Below, piece by piece: positions 27,595-37,362 of a stretch of DNA of 64,000 nucleotides. Every line of letters starts with the position of its first letter. The stretch's first letter is position 1. Below the pieces are notes generated by a model. That model searched no databases, was not told the origin of the DNA, and saw only the letters and a program-made list of their open reading frames with translations. Source of the stretch: a virus (taxonomy: Duplodnaviria > Caudoviricetes); the IMG/VR virus record IMGVR_UViG_3300031813_000004, positions 32,001-96,000 of that record; one strand, written 5' to 3'. The translations under genes and the position numbers were made by a program.

Positions 27595-28158
27595 ATGAAA
27601 GAATTACCAATAATTATTAAACCATCTGAATTAACTTTTTCAATATTTAGTAAAACAAAATCATTGATAGCTAGACCTCTTGGGACCCTTTTAATTGATA
27701 GTTCTATTTTAACTAAATTTCTGTTATCAACATTAGAAGGAGACCAAGGTTTAGGAAAAGAAGACACAATTGTTTGTGTTGGCCAATCTGATGATGTATG
27801 GCAACAACCTAAAAATAAATTTTTACAAAAATATGATGTAACTGATTTTACAACAGATGGATGGATGGTAGCAACACCAAAGCCAGAAAATAAAGTTAAT
27901 TCAGTTGAAGTTACTGAAGATATGACTCAAAATGGAGAATTTGCAATTATTGGGCAATGGGGGCAAAAAGGATATAAAGAAGGACCAATTCAATTTGGAA
28001 ATACTGGAGACTTTATTTGTCAAAATCAAACTGACTTAACAGATGTTTGGATTGTTAAACGTGGATTATTTAATTCATCTTATGAAGAAGTTAAATTATC
28101 TGTTGAATCTTCAAATATTGTAAATAATGTAATTCCACTTTTTAAGAAAGTAGTTTAG
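27595..28158 (+). CDS. PGDYG-like protein (tentative)
   Basis: TLEGD..VCVG...DVW...F..KY and GDFI....DVWIV....F..SY duplicated motifs. Confidence 0.45.
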   Translation: MKELPIIIKPSELTFSIFSKTKSLIARPLGTLLIDSSILTKFLLSTLEGDQGLGKEDTIVCVGQSDDVWQQPKNKFLQKYDVTDFTTDGWMVATPKPENKVNSVEVTEDMTQNGEFAIIGQWGQKGYKEGPIQFGNTGDFICQNQTDLTDVWIVKRGLFNSSYEEVKLSVESSNIVNNVIPLFKKVV

Positions 28159-28176
28159 TTAAAAAGGATAATAAAT

Positions 28177-28464
28177 ATGTGGAAAAAAATTTATAGTGGT
28201 TTTGAAGATGTATTTGACCTACAAAGAGATGTTATTGAAGCTCTAGAATATGGAGGTGTTATCCCAAAAGGAATTGGTGGAGAATCCCAAGGAGAAGTAG
28301 TTGTAACTATAGAATACATTCCAAGTGAAGAAGAAAAAAGTAAATTAGGTATTTATAGTGAATGCCCTGAATGCAAAAAGAAAACATTAAGAGCTAAAGA
28401 ATTACATGAAGGTGGTGGAGTTATTTGTGTGGATAAAGAATGTGGGTATTGGTTTTGTTACTAA
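28177..28464 (+). CDS. Zinc-ribbon protein
   Basis: CPEC ... C....CGY. Confidence 0.55.
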   Translation: MWKKIYSGFEDVFDLQRDVIEALEYGGVIPKGIGGESQGEVVVTIEYIPSEEEKSKLGIYSECPECKKKTLRAKELHEGGGVICVDKECGYWFCY

Positions 28465-28479
28465 AAAGGAGACTTAAAA

Positions 28480-28632
28480 ATGGAAGAACCTAAAAGTTTA
28501 AAAATAATTGTTGATGAAGGTGATGACCAAGAGTTAGTTTTTAAAAATGTTTTAGAAACCGAATTAACTGAATATGAAGAAACAACCAAGTGGAGTGGAT
28601 TTTTCTGGGATAAGGTTTATACTAAAATTTAA
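28480..28632 (+). CDS. Small hypothetical protein (50 aa, not in ORF track)
   Basis: AAGGAG SD, MEEPKSLKIIV...DKVYTKI. Confidence 0.5.
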   Translation: MEEPKSLKIIVDEGDDQELVFKNVLETELTEYEETTKWSGFFWDKVYTKI

Positions 28633-28664
28633 CAAAATCACACAAACCCTAAAAGGAGATTAAA

Positions 28665-30464
28665 ATGACCAAAGCGAAAGTCGTAGCTAAAACTCTTACA
28701 TCAGTTCTTGAAAATCCTACAATGATTAGTATCATGGATAGATCTAAAGATATTAATCCAATTATAGAAGAAGTAAATTCATGGCACGGTATGAACTTAT
28801 ATACACGAAAACCTGGAAAAGGCTATACAGACGATGAAGGTAATTATATTTCACATGATTTAGATCTTTCAGTTTTTCTATATGAATTAGCTGAAAGAAA
28901 TGCTATCATAAATATACCAGATTACAGTTCAATTCGCGCTACTAAATTAAAGGATGGGCAATCAATAACATCAAAAGAGAATCGCCATGGTCAGCTTTTG
29001 AATCTTATAGCAAATAAAGAAGTTTTTTCATTTAGTATTAGACTCAAAGATATGAATGTTGTAACTGAAAATTCAATTGGAGATTTTAGGAATTTTTCTA
29101 TTACATCACTTGATGGTGATTTTAGACCAGAATGGAATAATCTTCAATTCATGCCCAATGCAAAAGAGAATGAATTTCTAAATGAGTTTAAATTATTGGA
29201 TGAAAATGCTATTAAGTTTACAGAATTTATTCATAAAAATAGATGGCGATCATTATTTTCTCAATACTATTTTATGACTAAAGCTGCTATTGAAAGGATT
29301 ACAGAAGAGTCTAGTTATTACAATAATGAAATTAAAGCAATGTTAGCCGAAGGAATAAAATATCCAGGAGGTGGAGAAGCATTACAAGAATGGCCAGATA
29401 CAAGAAAAATACCAGGTGAAAAAATTAAAGTAAAAAGTTTTGAGGTAGAGATCGACATACCAGAAAGTACTTCAGTTTACCCAAAATATGAACATAATCA
29501 AGGAACACTTGTTGAATTAACAAATAAAAGAAAATGGTTGGTATATACTATTAAACCAAAGTTTACATATGCTACAAGAATCATCGAATTTGCATATTAT
29601 AAATTTGGAAATAATGGTGTAGCTCATTGGCTTAAGAATACTGATTGGCAAAATGATTACGTACAACCTGGAAAGAAAAAGAAGTGGAATCGTCTTATTC
29701 TTTTTCAACCATCACCGTTTCAACAAGGTGTTTCAATCAGGACTAGAATCTATGAATCTACACAAGAAGTTTCAGAAACTTATGCAGAAGCTCGTAAACA
29801 AGCTAATGCTGGTAAAGTTAAAAATGAAATTGCAATAATTCTTGATGAATCTTCTTCAATGAATATTATTAAGAATCCTATTATTGATTTGTTTAATTCA
29901 CAAGTTGATGTAGTTAAACAGAATTCAGAAGATACTGAAACATCTGTAAGTTTGGTAACATTTGCATCTAATGTAAAAAATCCTGTTCTTTGGAGACAAC
30001 CAGATTTTAAATTAAATAAAATAGGTCATGAATCTTATAGACCAAATGGTATGACTGCATTACATGATGCAATTGGTTTAACAGTTGAAAGATTTGAAAA
30101 AGAAAAATTAGATGAAAATACTAATTATTTATTTATAATTTTAACTGATGGTGATGAAAATTATTCTGAAAAATACAATCCTGATCGTGGTGGCTTGAAA
30201 ATTGGAGATTTGATTGAAAAATATGAATCTACTGGTAAGTGGACATTCACTTATATTGGGCCTGAAGGTCAGAACCAAAGTGTGATCCAAAATGTATTAA
30301 GAGTTAAAAAAGGCAATATGTCATCATTTGATGCAACAACTTCTAAAGGTGTTGGAGCTGCATCATTTAGTGTATCTAGAGGTTTAGATAGCTATATGAA
30401 GTCCTCAAAAGCTGGTAATACTCAAGTGAGTAACTTTTATGACGACTCAAAAGATAAGAAGTAA
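28665..30464 (+). CDS. Protein with C-terminal von Willebrand A domain
   Basis: MIDAS ILDESSSM, T in GMTALHDAIG, ILTDGDEN. Confidence 0.85.
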   Translation: MTKAKVVAKTLTSVLENPTMISIMDRSKDINPIIEEVNSWHGMNLYTRKPGKGYTDDEGNYISHDLDLSVFLYELAERNAIINIPDYSSIRATKLKDGQSITSKENRHGQLLNLIANKEVFSFSIRLKDMNVVTENSIGDFRNFSITSLDGDFRPEWNNLQFMPNAKENEFLNEFKLLDENAIKFTEFIHKNRWRSLFSQYYFMTKAAIERITEESSYYNNEIKAMLAEGIKYPGGGEALQEWPDTRKIPGEKIKVKSFEVEIDIPESTSVYPKYEHNQGTLVELTNKRKWLVYTIKPKFTYATRIIEFAYYKFGNNGVAHWLKNTDWQNDYVQPGKKKKWNRLILFQPSPFQQGVSIRTRIYESTQEVSETYAEARKQANAGKVKNEIAIILDESSSMNIIKNPIIDLFNSQVDVVKQNSEDTETSVSLVTFASNVKNPVLWRQPDFKLNKIGHESYRPNGMTALHDAIGLTVERFEKEKLDENTNYLFIILTDGDENYSEKYNPDRGGLKIGDLIEKYESTGKWTFTYIGPEGQNQSVIQNVLRVKKGNMSSFDATTSKGVGAASFSVSRGLDSYMKSSKAGNTQVSNFYDDSKDKK

Positions 30465-30513
30465 TAAGGATATTCATTAATTATTAAGTACTCTTAAAAC
30501 GTCTTATTCTAAC

Positions 30514-30556
30514 CCTAGCTATAATATTAGAAATGGTATTATAGCTAGGTTCTTTC
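30514..30556 (+). terminator. Stem-loop with short T-rich tail
   Basis: CCTAGCTATAATA...TATTATAGCTAGG then TTCTTT. Confidence 0.55.
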
Positions 30557-30573
30557 AAGGAGATTAATATTTA

Positions 30574-31779
30574 ATGAAATATGAATTAAAACAAAAATTA
30601 ATAGATGATTTTGGAGATATGTTTAATAACACTAAATTTGATAATGATTTAGGTGATGGGTGGTTTGAATTAATTTATAAATTAAGTATTGAAATTTCAG
30701 AATTACAACAAGTTATAAATAAACCCATATGTGTAATAGATATAAAAGACCAACATGGATATTTAGCATATTATACTTTTCCATATTCAGAAGAAGTTCA
30801 AAAAGTTATTAATAAAATATGTTCAAAATCATTATCAACATGTTCTATTTGTGGAAGTGAAGAAAATATTATTAGATTTAAAGGTAATGTTATTAAAACA
30901 ATTTGTGAAAAGTGTTCTTTAGGTTTTAGAGAAGATCATTTACCAGATATTCAATGTGAAGAACCTCCAGTTAAAATTCCAATTAAACAAGTTGGGGTTC
31001 AAAATGTTAGAGTGCCAATTAAAATAGATTCAAGAGATACAACTAGTCATGATGCAATTGCAAAAGTTTCAATTAGTACTAATTTAAATGAAAATACAAA
31101 AGGAATTTCTATGAGTAGATTGCATAGAAATTTAGTTCCACATTTAGAAACTCCATTAAAACATCAATCTTTAAAAATTATCTTAGAAGATATTAGAGAA
31201 AAAATGGATTGTGGATCTACTAATAGTTTTATTAAATTTGAATTTGAAATACAAAAAGATAAGAAATCTCCAGTTACAAATAATGTTGGACCTCAGTTTT
31301 ATAAATGTTCTTTTGAAGGTAGACTAATAGATAATACATTTAGATTCTTTGAAAAAGTTATAGTGCAATATGCATCATATTGCCCTTGTTCAGCATCTCT
31401 ATCTGAAAATTTAACATATTATGGGATGACTGGATTCCCCCATGCACAGAGATGTTTTGCTGAATTATTAGTAGAAGTTGATTTGAATAAGATAGTCTGG
31501 TTAGAAGACTTGATAGAATTAATTGAAACGTCTGTAAAGACGATACCATATCCTATATTAAAGAGAATAGACGAACAAGAAGTGGCAAAGATTGCGGCTA
31601 GAAATCCAATGTTTGTTGAGGATAGTATTAGAAATATTTGTAATTCAATAAATTCAAAAGATGGAATTATTGATTGGATTATTAAGTGTACACATGAAGA
31701 ATCTATTCATCCATCTGATGCAATCTCAATAAATTGGAAGGGAATAGAAGGAGGGTTAAATGGTCTAATTTATTTGTAG
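30574..31779 (+). CDS. folE2: GTP cyclohydrolase IB (FolE2) with N-terminal phage Zn-domain fusion
   Basis: LPDIQ, IKQVGV, KGISMSRL, YCPCS, PHAQR, LKR.DE, NPMFVED, HEESIH. Confidence 0.88.
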   Translation: MKYELKQKLIDDFGDMFNNTKFDNDLGDGWFELIYKLSIEISELQQVINKPICVIDIKDQHGYLAYYTFPYSEEVQKVINKICSKSLSTCSICGSEENIIRFKGNVIKTICEKCSLGFREDHLPDIQCEEPPVKIPIKQVGVQNVRVPIKIDSRDTTSHDAIAKVSISTNLNENTKGISMSRLHRNLVPHLETPLKHQSLKIILEDIREKMDCGSTNSFIKFEFEIQKDKKSPVTNNVGPQFYKCSFEGRLIDNTFRFFEKVIVQYASYCPCSASLSENLTYYGMTGFPHAQRCFAELLVEVDLNKIVWLEDLIELIETSVKTIPYPILKRIDEQEVAKIAARNPMFVEDSIRNICNSINSKDGIIDWIIKCTHEESIHPSDAISINWKGIEGGLNGLIYL

Positions 31780-31787
31780 GAGTAAAT

Positions 31788-32105
31788 ATGATTGTACATG
31801 ATCCAGAACAATTTACAGGACATAAAAAACCAGAAAATTTTTCATTAAGTAGAGAATCAATATACATGTCTGATTATTCTATTAAAATTAGATTTGATTA
31901 TAATAACAATAAAAAATTATTAACATTAGTTGAAAAATCAAGAGGACATTGTAATGAAGATAAAGCATTTGAAATAATTAAAGATATTATTGATATCATA
32001 TATGATGGTGAATATTCTGATGTATTGAAAGTAGGTGCTTTTATAGAATTAAAGAAATCTATACAAGAAATATCAGAAAAGTATAGAATTGGAGAATTTT
32101 TATGA
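31788..32105 (+). CDS. Hypothetical protein
   Basis: AGGAG SD before ATG 31788. Confidence 0.55.
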   Translation: MIVHDPEQFTGHKKPENFSLSRESIYMSDYSIKIRFDYNNNKKLLTLVEKSRGHCNEDKAFEIIKDIIDIIYDGEYSDVLKVGAFIELKKSIQEISEKYRIGEFL

Positions 32106-32578
32106 ATGATATTAAGATTAAAAATAAAACAATAGTTATAGATTCAGAATATAAGTCAGAAAATCTTTATAAAGAAATTAAGGTATCTTTAGATAATAGT
32201 ATAGTAAAAAAAATTAATTTTGATGATAAATATATATTAGAATATATGGAAAAATTATGGGGAGTTAATAGTAATTTATTAGAGGCTAAAATAAATTTAA
32301 GTGATAATAAAGTTAATATAGATTTTAGTAACGGCTTTGTTTATACTAAACCTAGTAATAAAGATAAATTAAAAAAATTATCATCAAAAGATTATATTGA
32401 TTTAACATTAAATTTTCTATCAGAATTAGTTAAATTTACTGAACAAGGCATAGATGTATTTAATGAAGTATTTAAAGCTGAATTGGAAGAAAAGTTAAAT
32501 GAATCAATGATAAAATTTAAAATTGGTGAAGGGAGGGAGCTAAATGAACAATCGACAAGTATTGGATGTATATTGTAA
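32102..32578 (+). CDS. Hypothetical protein
   Basis: ATGA overlap with upstream gene. Confidence 0.55.
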   Translation: MNDIKIKNKTIVIDSEYKSENLYKEIKVSLDNSIVKKINFDDKYILEYMEKLWGVNSNLLEAKINLSDNKVNIDFSNGFVYTKPSNKDKLKKLSSKDYIDLTLNFLSELVKFTEQGIDVFNEVFKAELEEKLNESMIKFKIGEGRELNEQSTSIGCIL

Positions 32579-32894
32579 AGAAAGGGAATATCAGAATACA
32601 GTTTTTGGAGCTAATAAAAGTTTTAATGTTGCATCATTTTTGCAATTTTTAGAGATTTATTTAACTAAAGCTAAAAAAGGTTATGTTGAAAAATGGAGTA
32701 GAGACTTACCAAATTGGTTAGAATCTTGTAAAGAATCAGATGAACAAAGTACAGCACCCATTGTTACATACGAACAACTAATAAAAATAATGGCTCTAGC
32801 GGGCCAAGCATTAGAAAGATTTACAGAAATCAATGCAGAGGAATGGAGAAGTGATGGAATAAAAGACAAGTGGAGGGATGTTAATGAAAAGTAA
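32544..32894 (+). CDS. Hypothetical, possibly MazG-like all-alpha protein
   Basis: KEREYQ...FG and L.KIMALA..ALE pattern. Confidence 0.45.
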   Translation: MNNRQVLDVYCKEREYQNTVFGANKSFNVASFLQFLEIYLTKAKKGYVEKWSRDLPNWLESCKESDEQSTAPIVTYEQLIKIMALAGQALERFTEINAEEWRSDGIKDKWRDVNEK

Positions 32895-33027
32895 AAAGAA
32901 TGAAGGAAAGAAACCCTTGCCAAAAATTGGAACTAAATTTATGGTCAACGGCCAGGAATATGAAGTTAAATTTATTAATGAGGGTCAACATAGATTCTCA
33001 GCAGAGCCGTGTGAAGCTGCATATTAG
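32884..33027 (+). CDS. Small hypothetical protein (47 aa, not in ORF track)
   Basis: GGAGG SD, MKSKKNEGKKPLPKIGTKFMVNGQEYEV... Confidence 0.5.
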   Translation: MKSKKNEGKKPLPKIGTKFMVNGQEYEVKFINEGQHRFSAEPCEAAY

Positions 33028-33031
33028 TAAA

Positions 33032-33220
33032 ATGTCTAAAAATATTTATACAAAATATTGTAGTTATAATCTTATCTTTTGCCATCAATGTATACATTTA
33101 TTTAGGGATGAACTAATTCATGTTAATTGGTGTAAAAATGAACATGAACCTTTTTCTACTAAATGTAAAAAGGATAGAAAAGAAACAGAAAATTATTTAC
33201 AATGGAAAAGGAGACAATAA
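33032..33220 (+). CDS. Small Cys-rich protein
   Basis: 3' part of track ORF 32900-33220; CHQC..C..C. Confidence 0.45.
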   Translation: MSKNIYTKYCSYNLIFCHQCIHLFRDELIHVNWCKNEHEPFSTKCKKDRKETENYLQWKRRQ

Positions 33221-33432
33221 TGTGTTCCAGCTATGGTCCTAGTGTAATGAGAAAAGAAACATTAATAGAAATTATTAACCATATGAAAAAAGAAACTGGA
33301 TCATATTATAGAGTTGATAAAACATTTTCGATTTCTGATTTAAAAGTTATTGCCTCGAATACAAAGAAATCAAAATTATATAATATGACATGGAGAGAAA
33401 TCTCTGATGAAATGAAAAAAACTAAACTCTAA
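33220..33432 (+). CDS. Hypothetical protein
   Basis: AAGGAG SD before ATG 33220. Confidence 0.5.
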   Translation: MCSSYGPSVMRKETLIEIINHMKKETGSYYRVDKTFSISDLKVIASNTKKSKLYNMTWREISDEMKKTKL

Positions 33433-33443
33433 AGGAGAAAATT

Positions 33444-33728
33444 ATGTTTAAAAGTTGGTTTAAGAAAAAAGATGAAAATGATCAAACAATTGAATTAGGG
33501 CAAGAATGTGTAGATTCTATCACAGGTTTTAAAGGAATTGCAACTGGAGAATGTAAATATATCAGTGGTTGTGACCAAATACTTTTATCACCAAGAGTTG
33601 GTGATGACGGAGTTTTTAAAGAAGCACATTGGTTTGATAGACAAAGAATATTTGGTGTTAGTAATGAAGTTATTAAACTTGATAATAGTGAAACTCCGGG
33701 TTTTGATACGCCTGCTCCTAAACGATAA
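33444..33728 (+). CDS. Hypothetical phage protein
   Basis: LG...D.ITGFKG.....YISGC.Q..L.P..WFD pattern. Confidence 0.6.
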   Translation: MFKSWFKKKDENDQTIELGQECVDSITGFKGIATGECKYISGCDQILLSPRVGDDGVFKEAHWFDRQRIFGVSNEVIKLDNSETPGFDTPAPKR

Positions 33729-33758
33729 CAATTAACCTCAACCAAAAAGGAGAAGAAA

Positions 33759-34532
33759 ATGACTGAGAATCTTGCTGAAATGATTAAGAACATGGAAAAT
33801 ACAACAACTATCGAAGAACAGAACCATGTTAGCGAAGCAGTGAATACTGAAAATGAAACACAACCAGAAGAAAATAATGATACTACATCAACTCCAACAG
33901 TTTCACTTAAAATAGCGACTAAACCTTTTATTGATTGGTTTGAAGATAACAGGCAAACCATTACAAATGTGTCATTTACAAGGTTGACTTTACGAGGTAT
34001 TAATAGTAGAGATGTTATGGCATTTACAGTACCCATTGATTCAAATGAAGAAGTAAGAGATTTATTTGTATTTAAAGATGCATCGACTAGAAATATTATT
34101 AATCTTCCTGCTGAAAGAATGAATGTATTTTTTCATGATATTATCAAGATTGTATATAAAGCTCCTGAAACATTTGGGAATATTTATATTAAATCATACG
34201 TAGCTAAACCTGGTCTTATTAATGTTTTCTGTTTTGAATATAATAATGGCGAAGAAAGTCTGTTAATTCCTTATGCAAAAAATAAATCTAAAAAGACTGA
34301 TACAGAAATTGAAGTAATTCTTCCTGATGTTGATAAACTTATTGGGAAACTATCATTACCCGCAGCAACTGAAGATGCTCAAGTTTTGTATAAACAAATT
34401 CAGAAATATGTTTCAACTCTTACAACAAATTTAGATCTTCTAAAATGGTTTATTGGTAGAGAAGTTGGGGTTATTGATATTAATCATCTTCTTGTTATAG
34501 ATGATACGTTGATTCATATTTTCAATCAGTAA
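33759..34532 (+). CDS. Hypothetical protein with acidic N-terminus
   Basis: Strong SD, long ORF. Confidence 0.65.
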   Translation: MTENLAEMIKNMENTTTIEEQNHVSEAVNTENETQPEENNDTTSTPTVSLKIATKPFIDWFEDNRQTITNVSFTRLTLRGINSRDVMAFTVPIDSNEEVRDLFVFKDASTRNIINLPAERMNVFFHDIIKIVYKAPETFGNIYIKSYVAKPGLINVFCFEYNNGEESLLIPYAKNKSKKTDTEIEVILPDVDKLIGKLSLPAATEDAQVLYKQIQKYVSTLTTNLDLLKWFIGREVGVIDINHLLVIDDTLIHIFNQ

Positions 34533-34542
34533 ATAACTAATG

Positions 34543-34578
34543 GATTGGGAGAGGTACCATTATATACCTCTCCCAATC
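34543..34578 (+). terminator. Perfect 14-bp intergenic stem-loop
   Basis: GATTGGGAGAGGTA...TACCTCTCCCAATC. Confidence 0.55.
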
Positions 34579-34593
34579 TTAAGGGGGAATAGT

Positions 34594-34671
34594 ATGAGTA
34601 TAACTATATTATGGATATTGGTTATTATAGTTTGTATTGTGTGGGTACTATTAAACATATATGGAGAATAA
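34594..34671 (+). CDS. 25-aa single-TM micro-protein
   Basis: AGGGGGA SD; MSITILWILVIIVCIVWVLLNIYGE. Confidence 0.5.
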   Translation: MSITILWILVIIVCIVWVLLNIYGE

Positions 34672-34746
34672 ATGGAACAGATTTTCTTTTGGTTATTTGT
34701 AGCTTTATTCATTTCAATTTTAGTAGTAATTGGATTTGATGAATAA
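34672..34746 (+). CDS. 24-aa single-TM micro-protein
   Basis: GGAG SD, abuts previous stop; MEQIFFWLFVALFISILVVIGFDE. Confidence 0.5.
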   Translation: MEQIFFWLFVALFISILVVIGFDE

Positions 34747-34759
34747 CGGAGGTTAAAAA

Positions 34760-34822
34760 ATGGATACTGATATGGTTATTATTATAATTTTAGTTATAAT
34801 ATTTCTAAACATTGATTATTAA
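34760..34822 (+). CDS. 20-aa single-TM micro-protein
   Basis: GGAGGT SD; MDTDMVIIIILVIIFLNIDY. Confidence 0.5.
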   Translation: MDTDMVIIIILVIIFLNIDY

Positions 34823-34825
34823 ATT

Positions 34826-35548
34826 ATGGAAATTAATAAATATTGTAAATTGTTTTTAAATCAAGTATACTCATATGATATCTCGCATTGTCATTATTCC
34901 ATTTTAAAAAATTTAGGATTTAATTTATCTAATATAAATGAAAGTAATAAAGAAGAAAGAAATAAACAAATTGGTATAATGATGAGGGATAATTCAAAAA
35001 TAACAAGTGTATTGAGAGATATAACTAATTCAATAATTAATAACTATATAACATTAAATGAAATTTCAGATGATGATTTGATTATTAGGCAATACGATGG
35101 TTTTATTACTAAAAAATTTTTAAAGAAAACAGATTTATATTTACCATTAGAACTGCGAAATATATTTGAAGTTTTTATCTCTTCAATTGAAAGGAATAAA
35201 TTTATAGCAAAAGATAAAAATGAATATTCTATTAAGGGTATATCACATAAATATGAAGAAATGAATAATATTTATAAGAAAATTTTAAATATAAATTACA
35301 TGGATAAAGTTTCTATATTTAAAAGTTTACAAAGAATAAAAGAAGAAATTTTAGAATCAGATAATGTTTTGTTATTTTGTATACCAACTGAAGATGAAAA
35401 ATATAATGTTTTTTTAAAAGATCTTGGTGAGATAGAAATATCACATACCACAGCAAACATTTTAAACATGGACGATATTGATAAATTGAAATATTTTAAC
35501 TATTACATTAGACCATTCACTGAAAGTATAGTACTGGAGTTTGTATGA
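34826..35548 (+). CDS. Small DNA polymerase palm-like protein (tentative)
   Basis: YSYDISHCHYSIL (motif A-like) and RQYDGFI (motif C-like). Confidence 0.45.
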   Translation: MEINKYCKLFLNQVYSYDISHCHYSILKNLGFNLSNINESNKEERNKQIGIMMRDNSKITSVLRDITNSIINNYITLNEISDDDLIIRQYDGFITKKFLKKTDLYLPLELRNIFEVFISSIERNKFIAKDKNEYSIKGISHKYEEMNNIYKKILNINYMDKVSIFKSLQRIKEEILESDNVLLFCIPTEDEKYNVFLKDLGEIEISHTTANILNMDDIDKLKYFNYYIRPFTESIVLEFV

Positions 35549-35829
35549 AAAGACATTTAGAAATATTAGCTAAAAAATATAATTTAGATTCTGTAAAAAT
35601 TAAAGAAGAAGTTATTGTAACTTTCAATGGAGATCTTGATCATATAGAAAAGTTTAAAAAAGAATTAGAACAAGAAGAAATTAATATGAATAAATCTATA
35701 AGAGAACAAAACCAAAAATTTAAAGTTAGATTTGTAACATCTGTGAATTCTGAATTTATAGAAATTGAAAAGGAGAATAAAGATGTCGGAAGAGATGACG
35801 AACCAAGAAGAATCGACACAACAGTCTAA
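35545..35829 (+). CDS. Hypothetical protein
   Basis: ATGA overlap, GGAG SD. Confidence 0.5.
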   Translation: MKRHLEILAKKYNLDSVKIKEEVIVTFNGDLDHIEKFKKELEQEEINMNKSIREQNQKFKVRFVTSVNSEFIEIEKENKDVGRDDEPRRIDTTV

Positions 35830-36820
35830 TATATCTAGAGTAGAAGAAATAATTAATTCTTTACAAAATGAAGCACAAATTTTAACTGAAGCTCCAGAAG
35901 AATCTAAAAGACCTAAAAAATTTAATGAAACGTATCTTGAAATGGGTCTAACATTAATTAGACCTGGTGTTTATACATACTCAGATATGTTTGGACAAGT
36001 TTTTTATAAAGAAACTAAAACAATTGATAATGATGAAATTCCATATTTAGGAATGTATACTAGAAGATTACCTAGACTGGAAGAAGAATCTGGAGAGCCA
36101 AAATATATTTGTATAGTTTCAAATAGTTATCAATTTACTGGAAACCAAGTTTTAAATGATAAAATAAGAGAAATGGTTTCTGAAATTAGAACTCCAATTT
36201 TTAGAGAAAATACTTTAATTTCATCATCATTAGACTCAATGTATCATGAAATGATAATTCAGAATTCTACTAATATTCCTCAAGTTGGAGATGTATATCC
36301 AGAAGTAATTATTACAAATAGTTATAATGGTAAAAGAGCTATAACTATATCATTTGGATTTGTAATTTTAGATGGTCAACAAAATAAAACATTAGCATTT
36401 GGATTTAGAACTAAATTGAGTTCAATCAAGCAAGTCCATTTAACTTCTGCAAGGAGTAGTCTATCTGCTGCAGTTGGTAATTACGTAGATGTATTTTCAC
36501 AGAATGCATTAAGTTTAATTGAAACTAATTTTAATACAACAATTACTGATGAAGATTTATTGAAAGTAATGGATCTAGTAGAAAAAGCAGGAAAGAGAAA
36601 AAGAGCAGAATTATCAACTCATTTAGCAAATGTTACAACTGAAAATCAAGCATTATCATCATGGGCTCTTTTTAATGCAATTTGTAAATTTTCAACAATT
36701 GAAAAAAATATTAATACAAAACTTTTATTAGAAGATATTGCTGAGAGAGTATTAGTTATACCTGCTCAAATATCTGAAGCTCTTGTAGTGTTAAATGAAA
36801 GGAGCGAAAATAATGAATGA
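35783..36820 (+). CDS. DUF932/DUF945-like protein
   Basis: IVSNSYQ...NQ, IITNSYNG, WALFNAI; AAGGAG SD before ATG 35783. Confidence 0.6.
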   Translation: MSEEMTNQEESTQQSNISRVEEIINSLQNEAQILTEAPEESKRPKKFNETYLEMGLTLIRPGVYTYSDMFGQVFYKETKTIDNDEIPYLGMYTRRLPRLEEESGEPKYICIVSNSYQFTGNQVLNDKIREMVSEIRTPIFRENTLISSSLDSMYHEMIIQNSTNIPQVGDVYPEVIITNSYNGKRAITISFGFVILDGQQNKTLAFGFRTKLSSIKQVHLTSARSSLSAAVGNYVDVFSQNALSLIETNFNTTITDEDLLKVMDLVEKAGKRKRAELSTHLANVTTENQALSSWALFNAICKFSTIEKNINTKLLLEDIAERVLVIPAQISEALVVLNERSENNE

Positions 36821-37052
36821 TGAAACTAGTGCTAGAATTAATGATTTAAAACATGAATTGGATATTATTACAAAAGAAAAGAATTTATATAAAGAACTAT
36901 TTGAATTAATATCTAATCATAGAAATGATTTTAAAACGCAATTACACATAGCTAGATTCAGGAATAAAATCTTAAAGAAAGATTTAGAAGAAATGACTTC
37001 TAAATATGTAGATGCTTATTCAAATTGTGTAAATATGGATAAAGGACGTTAA
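36813..37052 (+). CDS. Coiled-coil hypothetical protein
   Basis: AAGGAG SD before ATG 36813. Confidence 0.5.
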   Translation: MNDETSARINDLKHELDIITKEKNLYKELFELISNHRNDFKTQLHIARFRNKILKKDLEEMTSKYVDAYSNCVNMDKGR

Positions 37053-37271
37053 ATGAAAAATAAACCAAGAACTTTTTAAGAATTTCCAGACCACGCCATA
37101 TGTCCTGTTTGTGGAACTAATGATAAAGGTGAATGTATACTTGCTTCAATTGATGGAACAGAAGATGAAGATAATAAAATATGTGAAGCATCACCTACAC
37201 ATTTATGGTGTGCAATATCTACCAATTTTAATAAAGATATTGGAGTAATGTATATAAAAGTTAAAGAATAA
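37053..37271 (+). pseudogene. Small Zn-finger protein with premature TAA at codon 9
   Basis: MKNKPRTF*EFPDHAICPVCGTNDKGEC...HLWC...; in-frame TAA at 37077-37079. Confidence 0.55.
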
Positions 37272-37277
37272 AAAATT

Positions 37278-37306
37278 AAAAGAGATCTTAACTGGTCTCT
37301 TTTTTT
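37278..37306 (+). terminator. Intrinsic terminator ending the + strand early/middle arm
   Basis: AAAAGAGATC-loop-GGTCTCTTTT followed by T tract. Confidence 0.65.
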
Positions 37307-37320
37307 GCATAGATTATATT

Positions 37321-37340
37321 TTAGAACAAATAATAAAGAT
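37321..37340 (+). promoter_or_regulatory. Putative late promoter (AGAACA box)
   Basis: TTAGAACAAATAATAAAGA; similar motif upstream of terminase and of the minus-strand tail operon. Confidence 0.55.
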
Positions 37341-37362
37341 TGCTTCAAAGGAGTTATATTTT

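Noticed and set aside
37053-37271. Stop-codon reassignment suggested by in-frame TAA
   Set aside because: TAA is the dominant terminator across the window and long genes are intact under the standard code
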